Assembly (NCBI GenBank): GCA_046350775.1
Contig: JAXLZS010000001.1
Coordinates: forward strand, 545,838-609,837
From: Minisyncoccota bacterium
GTDB lineage: Bacteria > Patescibacteriota > Minisyncoccia > Phycocordibacterales > UBA5272
DNA length: 64,000 nucleotides
Direction of reading: 5' to 3'
Shown here one piece after another: positions 1-10,942 of this stretch. The position numbers were made by a program, and so were the translations under genes. Under the pieces are notes generated by a model. The model ran no database searches. It saw only the letters and a list, made by a program, of their open reading frames with translations, and had not been told where the DNA came from. The number at the start of each line of letters is the position of its first letter. The stretch's first letter is position 1.

Positions 1-2
1 CT

Positions 3-914
3 CAATTTACTAACAGTGCAGGATCTTGTACCATCAATCCACTCACTTCTTCTTTATCATGTAGCTCTGATATAAACCTAAAAAAGAATATTACTAAATT
101 ATCAGATGACACACCATTTGTCTTAACCGCATTAAATCTAGTAAGTACTACGACTTTAGATAAAATAAACTCTCTAGACTCTGTAATGTATAATTGGAAT
201 AATGAAAGTGATCAAGATAGTAAACATGCTGGATTCATTGCTCAGCAAGTAGAGCAACTATTCCCAGATCTAGTATCTCTAGACTCTAGAGGATACAAAA
301 CACTTAATTATGCTGGATTTGTACCATATCTAGCTGAATCAATCAAAGAACTCAACAACAAAGCACTATTTGCTAGTGTAGGATCATCAACACTAGTAAA
401 CAATACTCTCCAGACTTCTCTAAATGATTTCTCTTTATTCATATCTACTCTCAATGATAACAATCTAGTATCTACAAATCTCACCAATCTCCACGATCTA
501 TTTTCAAGTTCTTCTCTCTCAGCTATCAAATCTCTAACCAACACTCTCACACAATCAGGATTTGATCTTAATCTAAATGGAAACGCTCTCACCAATGTCA
601 AATCTATTCAGAGTATGAGTGGAAATTGGAGGGTGGGGGAGGATGGGGTGATTTATGCAAATTCATTATGTCTAAGAAATTCTTCCGGACAAAATGTATG
701 TATAAATGCTGATCAATTGCAAAGTTTGACAGGTGTTGCTCCTTCTCAAGGAGTAGTAGACACACCTCAAGAAGTCGCTCAAGACAATACAAACAGTACA
801 TCAAGTACCTCAACAAATGAAAATAATGCAAATTTGAATAGTGAAATAATAGACAATTCTTCAAATTCTTCTACGACTACAGACATAGTCACAGATACAC
901 AAAATAATCCTTAA
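3..914 (+). CDS. C-terminal fragment of a giant tail-fibre-like surface protein (5' truncated by the window edge). It contains the peptidase-S74-type intramolecular chaperone domain and an S/T/N-rich tail.
   Basis: The reading frame is open from position 3; the ORF track only shows the part from the internal Met at 186. It carries the motifs SDINLKKNI and YNWNNESDQDSKHAGFIAQQVEQLFPDLV that are typical of Pfam 'chaperone of endosialidase' / Peptidase_S74. Positions 339-646 are about 99% identical in DNA to 15408-15714. Confidence 0.7.
   Translation, partial: QFTNSAGSCTINPLTSSLSCSSDINLKKNITKLSDDTPFVLTALNLVSTTTLDKINSLDSVMYNWNNESDQDSKHAGFIAQQVEQLFPDLVSLDSRGYKTLNYAGFVPYLAESIKELNNKALFASVGSSTLVNNTLQTSLNDFSLFISTLNDNNLVSTNLTNLHDLFSSSSLSAIKSLTNTLTQSGFDLNLNGNALTNVKSIQSMSGNWRVGEDGVIYANSLCLRNSSGQNVCINADQLQSLTGVAPSQGVVDTPQEVAQDNTNSTSSTSTNENNANLNSEIIDNSSNSSTTTDIVTDTQNNP
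339..646 (+). repeat. Near-identical 308-bp tract shared with 15408-15714 (about 99% nucleotide identity), embedded in otherwise diverged paralogues.
   Basis: Direct comparison shows only about 4 mismatches, for example tctctaaccaac against tctttaactaac and aatgtcaaa against aatgttaaa. Confidence 0.85.
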
Positions 915-1076
915 TATTCAAAATGAGTTATCCACAATTGTCTTTTATAAAAGACTTGTCCTTTATAAAATTGTCGTTTATAATATATACATATAAGCAA
1001 GGGTCGCTCAACTTTATAGTTGGCGACTTTTGTTTTTATTCAAATCATCATTATTAATTTTATAAAAAAAAATATT

Positions 1077-4000
1077 ATGAATAAAGTCATAAAAATATTT
1101 CTAATCACAGCAATTGTTTTCAATGTGTCTTATTTTTCTGCTAGTGCACAGACTGGAGGATTTTGGAGTAATCTATATACAAAGATATCTTGCAGTGTCT
1201 CGAGTATTTTTTCTGGAAAAGAAAAATGTAATATTAACACTAATATTATAAATACAAATACAAAGAAAGCAAAATCTGAAGATACTTCTTTAGTTAAAGA
1301 AAATAACTCTATTCAATCAGAAACAAAAAATTTGAATACTAATACTAGTCAGATTGTGTATCTTCAAGGTCCCGCTGGTCCTGCTGGACAAAAAGGTGAT
1401 AAAGGAGAAAAGGGTGATGTGGTATATGTGAATAATCCAAACCAAAATACAAACTGGTCTAGTCTGTATGTGCCAGAATTAAAATATCAATATGTGCCGG
1501 TCGCCAGCTCTGATGCGACAAATAGAGTCACTCCAAATGCAGCTATAACTGTACAAAATACAGGGTCTTTATTTTCTACTGGTCTCTCTGGATCCGGAAG
1601 CTCTTCAGATGCTAATCATGCAAATATTTTTGGTGTAAATGCTGGATATGATGCTACATATGCCTCTGAGTCCAACTTCTTAGGATATCAATCTGGATAT
1701 CAAGCAATCAATGCCTATAACTCAAACTTCTTTGGATCAAATGCCGGCAATGGTGCAACCAATGCAAACAGCTCAAACTTCTTTGGACAAATGTCAGGAA
1801 AAGATGCTACTGATGCCTATAATTCAAACTTCTTAGGATACCAATCAGGATATGGTGCAACCAATTCATTCCACTCCAATTTCTTTGGATCATACGCTGG
1901 ACAAGGTGCCACCAACGCTGCCAACTCAATATTTATAGGAAGAAGTGCTGGTCAAAATGATACAGTAGATAATACAATCAACGGTCTCTCTTCTATACTC
2001 ATAGGCTCATACACTAATACGGGAGGATATTCTAATTCTATATTACTCGGTAATGGTACAAGCGGATCTCCAATCTCAAATACAAAAGCAAACCAATTCA
2101 TGCTTGCTCCTTCTATCACAGAATTAAATCTAAGAGGAGTTAATTACACTTTGCCTTCTACTATCGGTGCAACAGGTACAGTCCTCACAAATGATGGTAG
2201 TGGAGTACTCAGTTGGGGAGTGGGAGGGGGAGGTGCGACAGATGCTTTTGTGCAAGATGGCAACTCATTTTCTGCTCTAGCTACTCTAGGTACAAATGAT
2301 AATAACGATCTAGCATTTGAGACAAATGGTACAGAGAAGATGAGACTGACAACTGATGGAAGACTCGGTATAAATACCACAAATCCTACATCTCTTTTAC
2401 ATATATCAGTCCCAGAGACAAATACGACCTTTTCTGGTGCAGGATTAAATGATGCTGTCTTCAGTGGCACATATTCTGGTCCTGGTGATTTTGTGACAAT
2501 CACAATAACCTCGACAGACCCATCTGGAGATACCTACTCATACAGCTCATGCTGTGGTGGAGGTAATAATACTATATCTGCTGGAGTTACTCAGAGTCTC
2601 ATCTGGGGTATGTCTGTGACATTTGCTTCTGCTACTGGACATCAGGTAGGTGATAGCTGGACTTATTATTCCTCCTCTCGGGCCTCTTTAAATACGCCTG
2701 CTATTCAAGTAAAAGGGTCATCTGGAAATTATTTTATAGTCAACGCAATTGCTAATAATTCAAACTTTATAGGAGAAGAGGCCGGCTCTCAAGCTACAAA
2801 TGCTGAATTTTCAAATTTTTTTGGTTGGAGATCTGGTTATCAAGCAACCTATGCCAGCGATTCAAACTTCTTAGGTCAAAATGCTGGCTATGGTGCAACC
2901 TCTGCCTCCGCTTCAAACTTCTTAGGTTATTATGCTGGCTATCAAGCAACCTCTGCCCGCCAATCAAACTTCTTAGGACAAGTTGCTGGATATCAAGCAA
3001 CCTCTGCCAACTATTCAAACTTCTTAGGTAACTATGCTGGCTACCAAGCAGCCAATGCCTCCAATTCAAACTTCTTAGGTCAAAATGCTGGACAAGGTGC
3101 AACCTCTGCAGACAATTCAAACTTCTTCGGTCAAAGTGCTGGCTTTAATGCAACAGACGCTAACTATTCCAACTTCTTAGGTAGCTATGCTGGACAAGAT
3201 GCAACAAACGCTAACTTTTCAAACTTCTTAGGTACTGCTGCTGGATATGGCGCAACATACGCTGACCATTCCAACTTCTTTGGATCAAATGCTGGCAATG
3301 GTGCAACAGACGCTTACTATTCCAACTTCTTTGGGCCAAGTGCTGGCTTTAATGCAACAAACGCTAACTCTTCCAACTTCTTAGGTGGCAATGCTGGCTC
3401 TAATGCAACAAACGCTTACTCTTCCAACTTCTTAGGACGTGAGGCTGGCTCTGGTGCAACCGATGCTTACCATTCCAACTTCTTAGGACAGAATGCTGGC
3501 TATCAAGCCACCTATGCCAACTATTCCAACTTCTTAGGTAACTATGCTGGCTATGGTGCAACCGATGCTTACCATTCCAACTTCTTAGGTCAAAATGCTG
3601 GACGAGGTGCAACTTCTGCTTCCTATTCAAATCTATTTGGATATCAAGCAGGAAAGACATTTACTAATAATACTATAGGTGCAAACAATATCATAATCGG
3701 TACAAACATATCTCTACCGAATGGGACAGCTAATGCAATGAATATCGGTGGAGTATTGTTTGGTTCTGGATTTAACTCAGATACATCTAGCGACCCAAAT
3801 ATTACAGCTGTCACAAGTGGTAAAATTGGTATTGCTAAAATCAATCCTCAATATACTCTCGATGTGGGAAATTCTTCAACTATTGGCATCATAGCTCAAT
3901 TCACCAATTCTACAGGCTATTGTACAATCAATCCTACAAACACATCTTTGTCTTGTACTTCAGATATAAATCTCAAGAAAAATATTGTAAATATTAAAGA

Positions 4001-4574
4001 TGGCAGTGAATTTGTACTTGGAAATATAAATGCTTCTGACTCTGTATCTATACTAGACAAAATATCTGGTCTTGATCCAGTCTATTATAATTGGAAATCA
4101 GAACAAGATACTGATGCAAAGCATGCAGGATTCATAGCTCAGCAAGTGGAGCAAGTATTTCCAGATCTCGTCACTACAGATGGCAATACTAATATCAAAT
4201 CTGTAAACTATACTGGATTCACTCCATACATAGTCAATGCTATAAAAGAAATAAAAAATACTATCTCAGGTACTATCACCGCCATGAAGGGATACTTTGA
4301 GGAGATATTTACCAAAAAGATACATACAGATATGCTTTGTGTTAAAAAATCAGACGGTACAGAATTTTGTGCGAATGGTGATCAGTTAGAATCTGCTCTA
4401 AATAATATAAATGGTGGAAGTACGACAAATACTTCTATCTCATCAGGAGATGATAATCTGGAAAATCTTACCGTATCAGCATCTTCTAGTCCTTCTATAG
4501 AAGAAGAGATTTTAGATTCTTCCACAACCGTAGACACATTGATAGATACATCAGACACACAAAATAATAATTAA
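1077..4574 (+). CDS. Giant secreted tail-fibre-like protein: signal peptide, collagen-like GXY tract (GPAGPAGQKGDKGEKGD), about 25 tandem 17-aa repeats (SNFLGxxAGxxATxAxx) and a C-terminal S74 intramolecular-chaperone domain.
   Basis: ORF 1020..4574; the likely start is the ATG at 1077 (MNKVIKIFLITAIVFNVSYFSASAQ signal peptide, AAATATTATG start context). The GXY tract is at about 1366-1416. The 51-bp-period repeats lie at 1620-1960 and 2755-3660. The C-terminus has SDINLKKNI ... DPVYYNWKSEQDTDAKHAGFIAQQVEQVFPDLV (about 3962-4172). Confidence 0.75.
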   Translation: MNKVIKIFLITAIVFNVSYFSASAQTGGFWSNLYTKISCSVSSIFSGKEKCNINTNIINTNTKKAKSEDTSLVKENNSIQSETKNLNTNTSQIVYLQGPAGPAGQKGDKGEKGDVVYVNNPNQNTNWSSLYVPELKYQYVPVASSDATNRVTPNAAITVQNTGSLFSTGLSGSGSSSDANHANIFGVNAGYDATYASESNFLGYQSGYQAINAYNSNFFGSNAGNGATNANSSNFFGQMSGKDATDAYNSNFLGYQSGYGATNSFHSNFFGSYAGQGATNAANSIFIGRSAGQNDTVDNTINGLSSILIGSYTNTGGYSNSILLGNGTSGSPISNTKANQFMLAPSITELNLRGVNYTLPSTIGATGTVLTNDGSGVLSWGVGGGGATDAFVQDGNSFSALATLGTNDNNDLAFETNGTEKMRLTTDGRLGINTTNPTSLLHISVPETNTTFSGAGLNDAVFSGTYSGPGDFVTITITSTDPSGDTYSYSSCCGGGNNTISAGVTQSLIWGMSVTFASATGHQVGDSWTYYSSSRASLNTPAIQVKGSSGNYFIVNAIANNSNFIGEEAGSQATNAEFSNFFGWRSGYQATYASDSNFLGQNAGYGATSASASNFLGYYAGYQATSARQSNFLGQVAGYQATSANYSNFLGNYAGYQAANASNSNFLGQNAGQGATSADNSNFFGQSAGFNATDANYSNFLGSYAGQDATNANFSNFLGTAAGYGATYADHSNFFGSNAGNGATDAYYSNFFGPSAGFNATNANSSNFLGGNAGSNATNAYSSNFLGREAGSGATDAYHSNFLGQNAGYQATYANYSNFLGNYAGYGATDAYHSNFLGQNAGRGATSASYSNLFGYQAGKTFTNNTIGANNIIIGTNISLPNGTANAMNIGGVLFGSGFNSDTSSDPNITAVTSGKIGIAKINPQYTLDVGNSSTIGIIAQFTNSTGYCTINPTNTSLSCTSDINLKKNIVNIKDGSEFVLGNINASDSVSILDKISGLDPVYYNWKSEQDTDAKHAGFIAQQVEQVFPDLVTTDGNTNIKSVNYTGFTPYIVNAIKEIKNTISGTITAMKGYFEEIFTKKIHTDMLCVKKSDGTEFCANGDQLESALNNINGGSTTNTSISSGDDNLENLTVSASSSPSIEEEILDSSTTVDTLIDTSDTQNNN
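1905..2234 (+). repeat. Near-identical 330-bp tract shared with 12518-12847 (about 98% nucleotide identity).
   Basis: Direct comparison shows about 6 mismatches. It encodes NSIFIGRSAGQNDTVDNTINGLSSILIGSYTNTGGYSNSILLG...NYTLPSTIGATGTVLTNDGSGVLSWGVGGGG. Confidence 0.85.
2755..3660 (+). repeat. About 18 tandem copies of a 51-bp (17-aa) coding repeat, SNFLGxxAGxxATxAxx. A further 7 or so copies lie at 1620-1960, and 7 or so in the paralogue at 12228-12575.
   Basis: The nucleotide motif tcaaacttcttaggt recurs with a period of 51. The in-frame protein period is 17 aa. Confidence 0.8.
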
Positions 4575-4584
4575 TTATAAAAAT

Positions 4585-5916
4585 ATGTCACACACATTTA
4601 CATCAAAAAAAATCTTCATGCTGTTATTTTTAGGAATAATTCTTTTCAGTATTCCTCATAATTTTGCTCAGACTGTAGGTCAGTCATACGACACCAGTGG
4701 TTTTTCTCCTATTATGAATGATGCTCCATGTGTAGATTTACAATATGATCTGAGACCAGGATCTAGAGATTATTATATATATGGAAATGTGATGAAATTG
4801 CAAATGTTTTTATATCAAAATGAAATGATGGCGTATCCTCCGACTGGTCTATATGCGAATTATACTTTTAACGCTGTATTAAATTTTCAAAATTCAGTAG
4901 GATTGAGACCTACAGGTGTAGTTGATTACTATACTAGGATGGCTCTAAAAAAAGTATCTTGCCCAGCTGAAAATGTTAATACTAATTATTCAAATCAGAA
5001 TAATTCAAATAATTATAATCAAAACAACTATCAATATGTGATAAATAGTAATCCAGTAATAAATACACAAACTCTATTTTATTGCTCATTTAATGGAGTG
5101 TCATACGCATCTCAGTCTGATTACAATTATTATTGTATAAATAATAATACTCAGATTAAGTATACAGTCTCATTCAATTCTAATGGTGGAAGCTCTATAA
5201 GCTCACAGAGTATCTTAGCTGGCTACACTTTGCCTATATCATCATATGTTCCTACAAAATCCGGATACACTTTCGCTGGATGGTATACAGATACCGGTCT
5301 TACAAATCTTTATGATTTCTCAAATCCAGTGACTTCAAATATCACTCTTTATGCTAAATGGAATGAGGACAATACTGCATATACATACACTGTATCATTT
5401 CAATCTAATGGTGGTAAAAGTATAGATTCTCAATCTGTGACATCAGGCTCATATGCTATTAGACCATCTGACCCTTCAAGATCTGGCTACAATTTTGCTG
5501 GATGGTATACAGATTCTGGACTTACAAATCTTTACGATTTCTCAAATCCTGTGACTTCAAATATCACTCTTTATGCTAAATGGTCTCTTTATGACAGGAC
5601 TTCATTTGGGGCGCAAGTGAGTATGATATTATGCTCATCCTCTGTATTATTTGAGCCTGTTTACGATGACTTTTGGCAGTTGCAAAGTTATAAATCATAT
5701 TGTCTTTCAGATACTTCTGTTTCTGGTTATAATTCTACAAATCCAGGCAAATATCCTGTCTCTCGTGATTATATATTAGTCCCAGCATCAAATATAAATT
5801 TTGGAGCAATAAAAATAGGAGAGGAGTATTATAGTCTGACCGATCAATATATTTATCAGACTATCTCTGGATCTTCATATAAGAAATATCAAGTCTCACT
5901 AATGATAAAACAATAA
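4585..5916 (+). CDS. Secreted protein with an N-terminal peptidoglycan-binding-like domain and two Listeria-Bacteroides (Flg_new) repeats.
   Basis: Signal peptide MSHTFTSKKIFMLLFLGIILFSIPHNFAQ. A PG_binding_1-like motif (MKLQMFLYQ...TGLYANYTFNAVLNFQNSVGLRPTGVVDYYTRMAL). Two copies of YTVSFxSNGG...SGYTFAGWYTDxGLTNLYDFSNPVTSNITLYAKW. Confidence 0.6.
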   Translation: MSHTFTSKKIFMLLFLGIILFSIPHNFAQTVGQSYDTSGFSPIMNDAPCVDLQYDLRPGSRDYYIYGNVMKLQMFLYQNEMMAYPPTGLYANYTFNAVLNFQNSVGLRPTGVVDYYTRMALKKVSCPAENVNTNYSNQNNSNNYNQNNYQYVINSNPVINTQTLFYCSFNGVSYASQSDYNYYCINNNTQIKYTVSFNSNGGSSISSQSILAGYTLPISSYVPTKSGYTFAGWYTDTGLTNLYDFSNPVTSNITLYAKWNEDNTAYTYTVSFQSNGGKSIDSQSVTSGSYAIRPSDPSRSGYNFAGWYTDSGLTNLYDFSNPVTSNITLYAKWSLYDRTSFGAQVSMILCSSSVLFEPVYDDFWQLQSYKSYCLSDTSVSGYNSTNPGKYPVSRDYILVPASNINFGAIKIGEEYYSLTDQYIYQTISGSSYKKYQVSLMIKQ

Positions 5917-5920
5917 ATAT

Positions 5921-6343
5921 ATGTTGAATAAAAAGACACAACAAATAATAGATAGGGAAAATGAGCACTTGCCTCTTTCTGGCAATCTTTATGAGAAAAA
6001 TCAAAGAAGAATATCTCTCTCTAGATCTTTTAAAGTTATGTTTTTGTCTATCGTCAGTGGTCTCGTAGTCGTAATTGTGATTTTTGGATATATAAATAGT
6101 GCCAAAACAAAAGCAGAATCTGTCACTCAAGAAAATGTGATTTCTCAACTTAGTAAACAAATATCTTTACCAAATGAGGCTCCTGTCACTTTTTTGAGGG
6201 TTTCTGATGCAAAAAATCTTTCTCTTCAAGATGAATTTTATAAAAATGTCCAAAATGGAGACTATATTATAGTCTACAGCTCTATGGCCCTAGTTTATGA
6301 TTTTTCAAATAATAAGATAGAAAATGTTAAAACAATCAGATGA
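5921..6343 (+). CDS. Hypothetical single-pass membrane protein.
   Basis: 140-aa ORF with a hydrophobic segment FKVMFLSIVSGLVVVIVIFGYI. No recognisable domain. Confidence 0.4.
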   Translation: MLNKKTQQIIDRENEHLPLSGNLYEKNQRRISLSRSFKVMFLSIVSGLVVVIVIFGYINSAKTKAESVTQENVISQLSKQISLPNEAPVTFLRVSDAKNLSLQDEFYKNVQNGDYIIVYSSMALVYDFSNNKIENVKTIR

Positions 6344-6405
6344 TAAAGAAAAAATATTTTATCAATAATTTTTTCTACTAAAAAATCATTTATAATCATT
6401 TTTAT

Positions 6406-6434
6406 TTGCATATTATCATTATTTATGATAATAT
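6406..6434 (+). promoter_or_regulatory. Sigma70-like promoter TTGCAT-N17-TAATAT upstream of tuf.
   Basis: TTGCAT at 6406-6411, a 17-nt spacer, TAATAT at 6429-6434. The same hexamers and spacing occur upstream of the 16S rRNA gene. Confidence 0.45.
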
Positions 6435-6576
6435 TTGTGGTATTCACTTAGCTTTATCTTTAATTTGGCGGAGTGCATTTATAAGTTTATAAATTTAGTT
6501 TAATAAAGGTCCAATATTATTTCACGAATAGATGTAGAAATAACAAGACCAAATCAATAATAATCAATAAAATTTT

Positions 6577-7770
<1,194 letters not shown>

Positions 7771-7811
7771 TTATAAAAACTAATCGCTCTTTCTAATCAA
7801 GTTATAAATTT

Positions 7812-8252
7812 ATGACAGAAACAAAAAAACCAGCAACAAAAAAAACAGTAGCTAAAAAAGTTGCTACCAAAAAAGCAGTTGCTAAAAAGCCTATCGATAT
7901 AAAGACAGAAGGTGATTTTCCAAAATCTAAAGCTAAAAAAGGAGATGAAAATAAACTTCGAATTTTAGTCAAAGCTTATGAGCCTAAAGTGCTCGACATA
8001 TCTGTCAAACAAATAATTGATACAGCAAAAAGATTTGATGCGGAAATTTTAGGACCAGTTCCTCTTCCAATTGAAATCTCAAAATACACAGTAAACAGAT
8101 CAACATTTGTTTACAAAAATGCTAGAGAGCAATTTGAGATCAGAGTTCACAAAAGACTCATTGATATCATAAATCCAAACCCAAAATTGATCGAAGCTCT
8201 GACAAATTTGTCACTTCCATCAGGTGTAGACATTAATGTCAAAATGGGTTAG
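7812..8252 (+). CDS. rpsJ: 30S ribosomal protein S10 with an N-terminal Lys/Ala-rich extension of about 45 aa.
   Basis: The C-terminal 100 aa match S10 (KLRILVKAYEP...FEIRVHKRLIDI...). The N-terminus is MTETKKPATKKTVAKKVATKKAVAKKPIDIK. Confidence 0.9.
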   Translation: MTETKKPATKKTVAKKVATKKAVAKKPIDIKTEGDFPKSKAKKGDENKLRILVKAYEPKVLDISVKQIIDTAKRFDAEILGPVPLPIEISKYTVNRSTFVYKNAREQFEIRVHKRLIDIINPNPKLIEALTNLSLPSGVDINVKMG

Positions 8253-8360
8253 TATAAGATTCTTAAGATTAAGTTTTTAAGAAAGCAAAATTATTAAAAA
8301 TAAAATAAATCGACCAATGGCTCTCCTCACAAGAGAGAGTTATGTCGTTACTGAAAATAT

Positions 8361-8969
8361 ATGAAATTCATGATTGCCACAAAACAGAATATGACTCAGT
8401 TCTTTGATGATGAAGGAGTGGTGCATCCAGCTACAGTCTTGTCTGCTGGCCCACTTACTGTCACTCAAGTAAAGACCAAAGAAAAAGATGGCTATGAGTC
8501 AGTACAGGTCGCTTCTTTCCCACAAAAGAAAGAAAGAGTCTCAAAATCTGTACTTGGTCACACAGCAGAAGCTTTTAAAGTCATAAAAGAATTTAGAGGA
8601 AATGTTGGTGATTTACAAAAAGGAGCAAGTATCAATATTGATATTCTCCAAGCAGGAGACGTAGTCACATTGTCTGGTATTTCTAAAGGAAAAGGCTTTC
8701 AAGGAGTCGTCAAAAGACATGGCTTCAAAGGAGGCTGGGGACAACATGGACAAAAGCACTCACTTCGCGAGCCAGGATCAATTGGAGGAGGAGGACGTGC
8801 CGGAGGTCGTGTCGTCAAAGGAAAGAAAATGGCCGGAAGAATGGGTTCTGATAGAGTTACCCAAAAGAATGTAAAAGTACTCGATGTCGATGTAGAGCAC
8901 GGACTAATCTTAGTAAAGGGTGCTGTTCCTGGTAAAAGAGGCACAGTTATCGAAATAGTTCAAAAATAA
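8361..8969 (+). CDS. rplC: 50S ribosomal protein L3.
   Basis: MIATKQNMTQFFDDEGVVHPATV...GKGFQGVVKRHGFKGG. The start may be at 8361 or 8370. Confidence 0.9.
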   Translation: MKFMIATKQNMTQFFDDEGVVHPATVLSAGPLTVTQVKTKEKDGYESVQVASFPQKKERVSKSVLGHTAEAFKVIKEFRGNVGDLQKGASINIDILQAGDVVTLSGISKGKGFQGVVKRHGFKGGWGQHGQKHSLREPGSIGGGGRAGGRVVKGKKMAGRMGSDRVTQKNVKVLDVDVEHGLILVKGAVPGKRGTVIEIVQK

Positions 8970-8987
8970 TTTCTGAAATAAAAATAT

Positions 8988-9650
8988 ATGAAAACACAAG
9001 TATACAATCAATCAGGAAAAGCAGTAAAAGAAATTGATCTACCAGAAAATATTTTTGGCTTACCTTTTAATGGAGACTTAGTTTCTCAAGTGCTTTATAT
9101 CCAAAGAGCAAATCAAAGAGCTGGTACAGCTCACACAAAAGATCGTGGCGAAGTGGCTGGTTCAAATCAAAAGCCTTGGCAACAAAAAGGTACTGGTCGC
9201 GCAAGACACGGATCAAAAAGATCTCCAATATGGAGACATGGAGGTGTGACTCATGGACCAAGAAATGAAAAGAGTTACAAAAAAGATCTTCCAAAAAACA
9301 TGAAGACTCAAGCTCTCTTTTCTCTATTATCTGCCAAATTAAAGGATGGAAAAATACTTTTCATCGATGAGATCACAGCTACAACTTCAAAAACTAAAGA
9401 TGCAGTAGCAATAATGAAGAATATTGCAACTGTTAAAAACTTTGAAAATCTAGTTTACAAGAAAAAAGGAAATGTCTATATGACTTTTCCAAAGCTTCTT
9501 GCAAATGAAAAAAGATCATTTAGAAATCTTCCTTATGTCATGGCACATAATATGGAAGATCTAAATCCTAACGATATCGCTAATGCGAGATATCTAGTTA
9601 TTACCAATCCAGAAGCTACTGTCGAGTATCTTAATAGTAAATTAAAATAA
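8988..9650 (+). CDS. rplD: 50S ribosomal protein L4.
   Basis: QKGTGRARHGSKRSPIWRHGGVTHGP motif. Position in the operon. Confidence 0.9.
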   Translation: MKTQVYNQSGKAVKEIDLPENIFGLPFNGDLVSQVLYIQRANQRAGTAHTKDRGEVAGSNQKPWQQKGTGRARHGSKRSPIWRHGGVTHGPRNEKSYKKDLPKNMKTQALFSLLSAKLKDGKILFIDEITATTSKTKDAVAIMKNIATVKNFENLVYKKKGNVYMTFPKLLANEKRSFRNLPYVMAHNMEDLNPNDIANARYLVITNPEATVEYLNSKLK

Positions 9651-9654
9651 ATTT

Positions 9655-9984
9655 ATGACTAAAAAAGAAATCACAACAAAAGATACTAAAGATGAGAATG
9701 TCAAAGTAGAAAAAAATAATTCTCTTATAATTTCTCCAAGATTGACAGAGAAAGCTGCAAATCTTTCATCACAAAATGTTTACACATTCAATGTGAAAGA
9801 AGAGGCGACAAAGATAACTCTTGCTCAAGAAATCAAAAAAACTTATAAAGTAACTCCTATAAAGATTACTATTATCAACAATCCTCGCACAGCAGTATTT
9901 GCTAGAGGAAAGCTTGGATTCCAATCTAAATTTAAAAAAGCTTCTGTCTTTTTAAAGAAAGGAGACAAAATAAACTTAGCATAA
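9655..9984 (+). CDS. rplW: 50S ribosomal protein L23.
   Basis: 109 aa. Position between rplD and rplB. L23-like ISPRLTEKA...YTFNV... Confidence 0.8.
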   Translation: MTKKEITTKDTKDENVKVEKNNSLIISPRLTEKAANLSSQNVYTFNVKEEATKITLAQEIKKTYKVTPIKITIINNPRTAVFARGKLGFQSKFKKASVFLKKGDKINLA

Positions 9985-10046
9985 ATAATCCAACAAGAGC
10001 CGAAATACATTATGGTAAATTAAGCCGATAAATTAATTGTAAAATT

Positions 10047-10895
10047 ATGAAAAAATACAAACCAACAACCCCTTCAAGAAGAACAATGACAGGGATTGAT
10101 TACAGAAAAATCTTAACTAAAAGTAAACCAATAAAATCTCTAACAAGTGGATTTAGTCGTGGTAATGGAAGAAATTCTCACGGTCGTGTCACTACTTACT
10201 ACAAAGGTGGTGGACACAAGAGAAGCTATCGTGATGTGGATTTCAAATATAATAAATTTGATATTCCAGCAAGAATTGCTTCTGTAGAATATGATCCAAA
10301 CAGATCTGGCTTTATCGGTCTAGCTATTTATGCTGACGGAGAAAGAAGATATGTTCTTCTTCCAAAAGAGATCAAAGTAGGAGACAAATTCATCGTCTCA
10401 GAAAAAGCTGATCTGCATGTTGGAAATAGATGCATGCTAAGCAATATACCAGTAGGAACAAATGTCTACAATATTGAGATCAAAAAAGGAGCGGGTGCCA
10501 AGATGGTACGTAGTGCCGGAAGTTTTGCTCAAGTTGTCGCTCATGACAATGGCTTCACTTCTATCAAGCTACCTTCTACAGAAGTCAGAAAAGTGCCAGA
10601 CTTTTGCTACGCTTCAATCGGATCTGTTTCAAATGATGAATACAGATTGAGAGTTATCGGTAAAGCTGGTAGAAGTCGCTGGCTAGGTATCAGACCAAAG
10701 ACACGTGCCAAAGCTAAAAACCCAGTTGACCATCCATATGGAGGAGGGGAAGGAAGCCAACCAAGAGGTACAAGAAAGCCAAAGACAGCTACAGGAAAAG
10801 TTACTGGTGGTCGAAAGACAAGAAGAAGCAAGAAGTATTCTAACAGTCATATTGTGACAAGAAGATCTCGTGGCAAAAAGAACTCTAATGCTTAA
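10047..10895 (+). CDS. rplB: 50S ribosomal protein L2.
   Basis: YKGGGHKRSYRDVDF, GNRCMLSNIPVGT, HPYGGGEG motifs. Confidence 0.95.
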   Translation: MKKYKPTTPSRRTMTGIDYRKILTKSKPIKSLTSGFSRGNGRNSHGRVTTYYKGGGHKRSYRDVDFKYNKFDIPARIASVEYDPNRSGFIGLAIYADGERRYVLLPKEIKVGDKFIVSEKADLHVGNRCMLSNIPVGTNVYNIEIKKGAGAKMVRSAGSFAQVVAHDNGFTSIKLPSTEVRKVPDFCYASIGSVSNDEYRLRVIGKAGRSRWLGIRPKTRAKAKNPVDHPYGGGEGSQPRGTRKPKTATGKVTGGRKTRRSKKYSNSHIVTRRSRGKKNSNA

Positions 10896-10942
10896 TTAGA
10901 ATTTGCAAAAAAGCTATAAATATATTATTATAATTCAACAAT

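Noticed and set aside
1020-1076. Upstream ATG (1020) as the start of the fibre gene.
   Set aside because: It would add an odd hydrophobic, non-signal-like N-terminus (MATFVFIQIIIINFIKKNI). The ATG at 1077 gives a canonical signal peptide and matches the recurrent AAATATTATG start context.
308-3660. Antisense or out-of-frame ORFs inside the fibre genes (308..601-, 604..864-, 2144..2503-, 2794..3120-, 2825..3031+, 3400..3660-, 3644..3844-, 15394..15663-, 15672..15881-).
   Set aside because: They are by-products of the 51-bp coding repeats and of the duplicated conserved tract. The same antisense ORF appears in both copies only because the DNA is near-identical. They have no start context and the sense frame is clearly coding.
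2755-3660. Possible CRISPR array, suggested by regular short repeats.
   Set aside because: The 51-bp period is in-frame protein-coding (a 17-aa repeat) with degenerate copies and no spacer/repeat alternation. There are no cas genes anywhere in the window.
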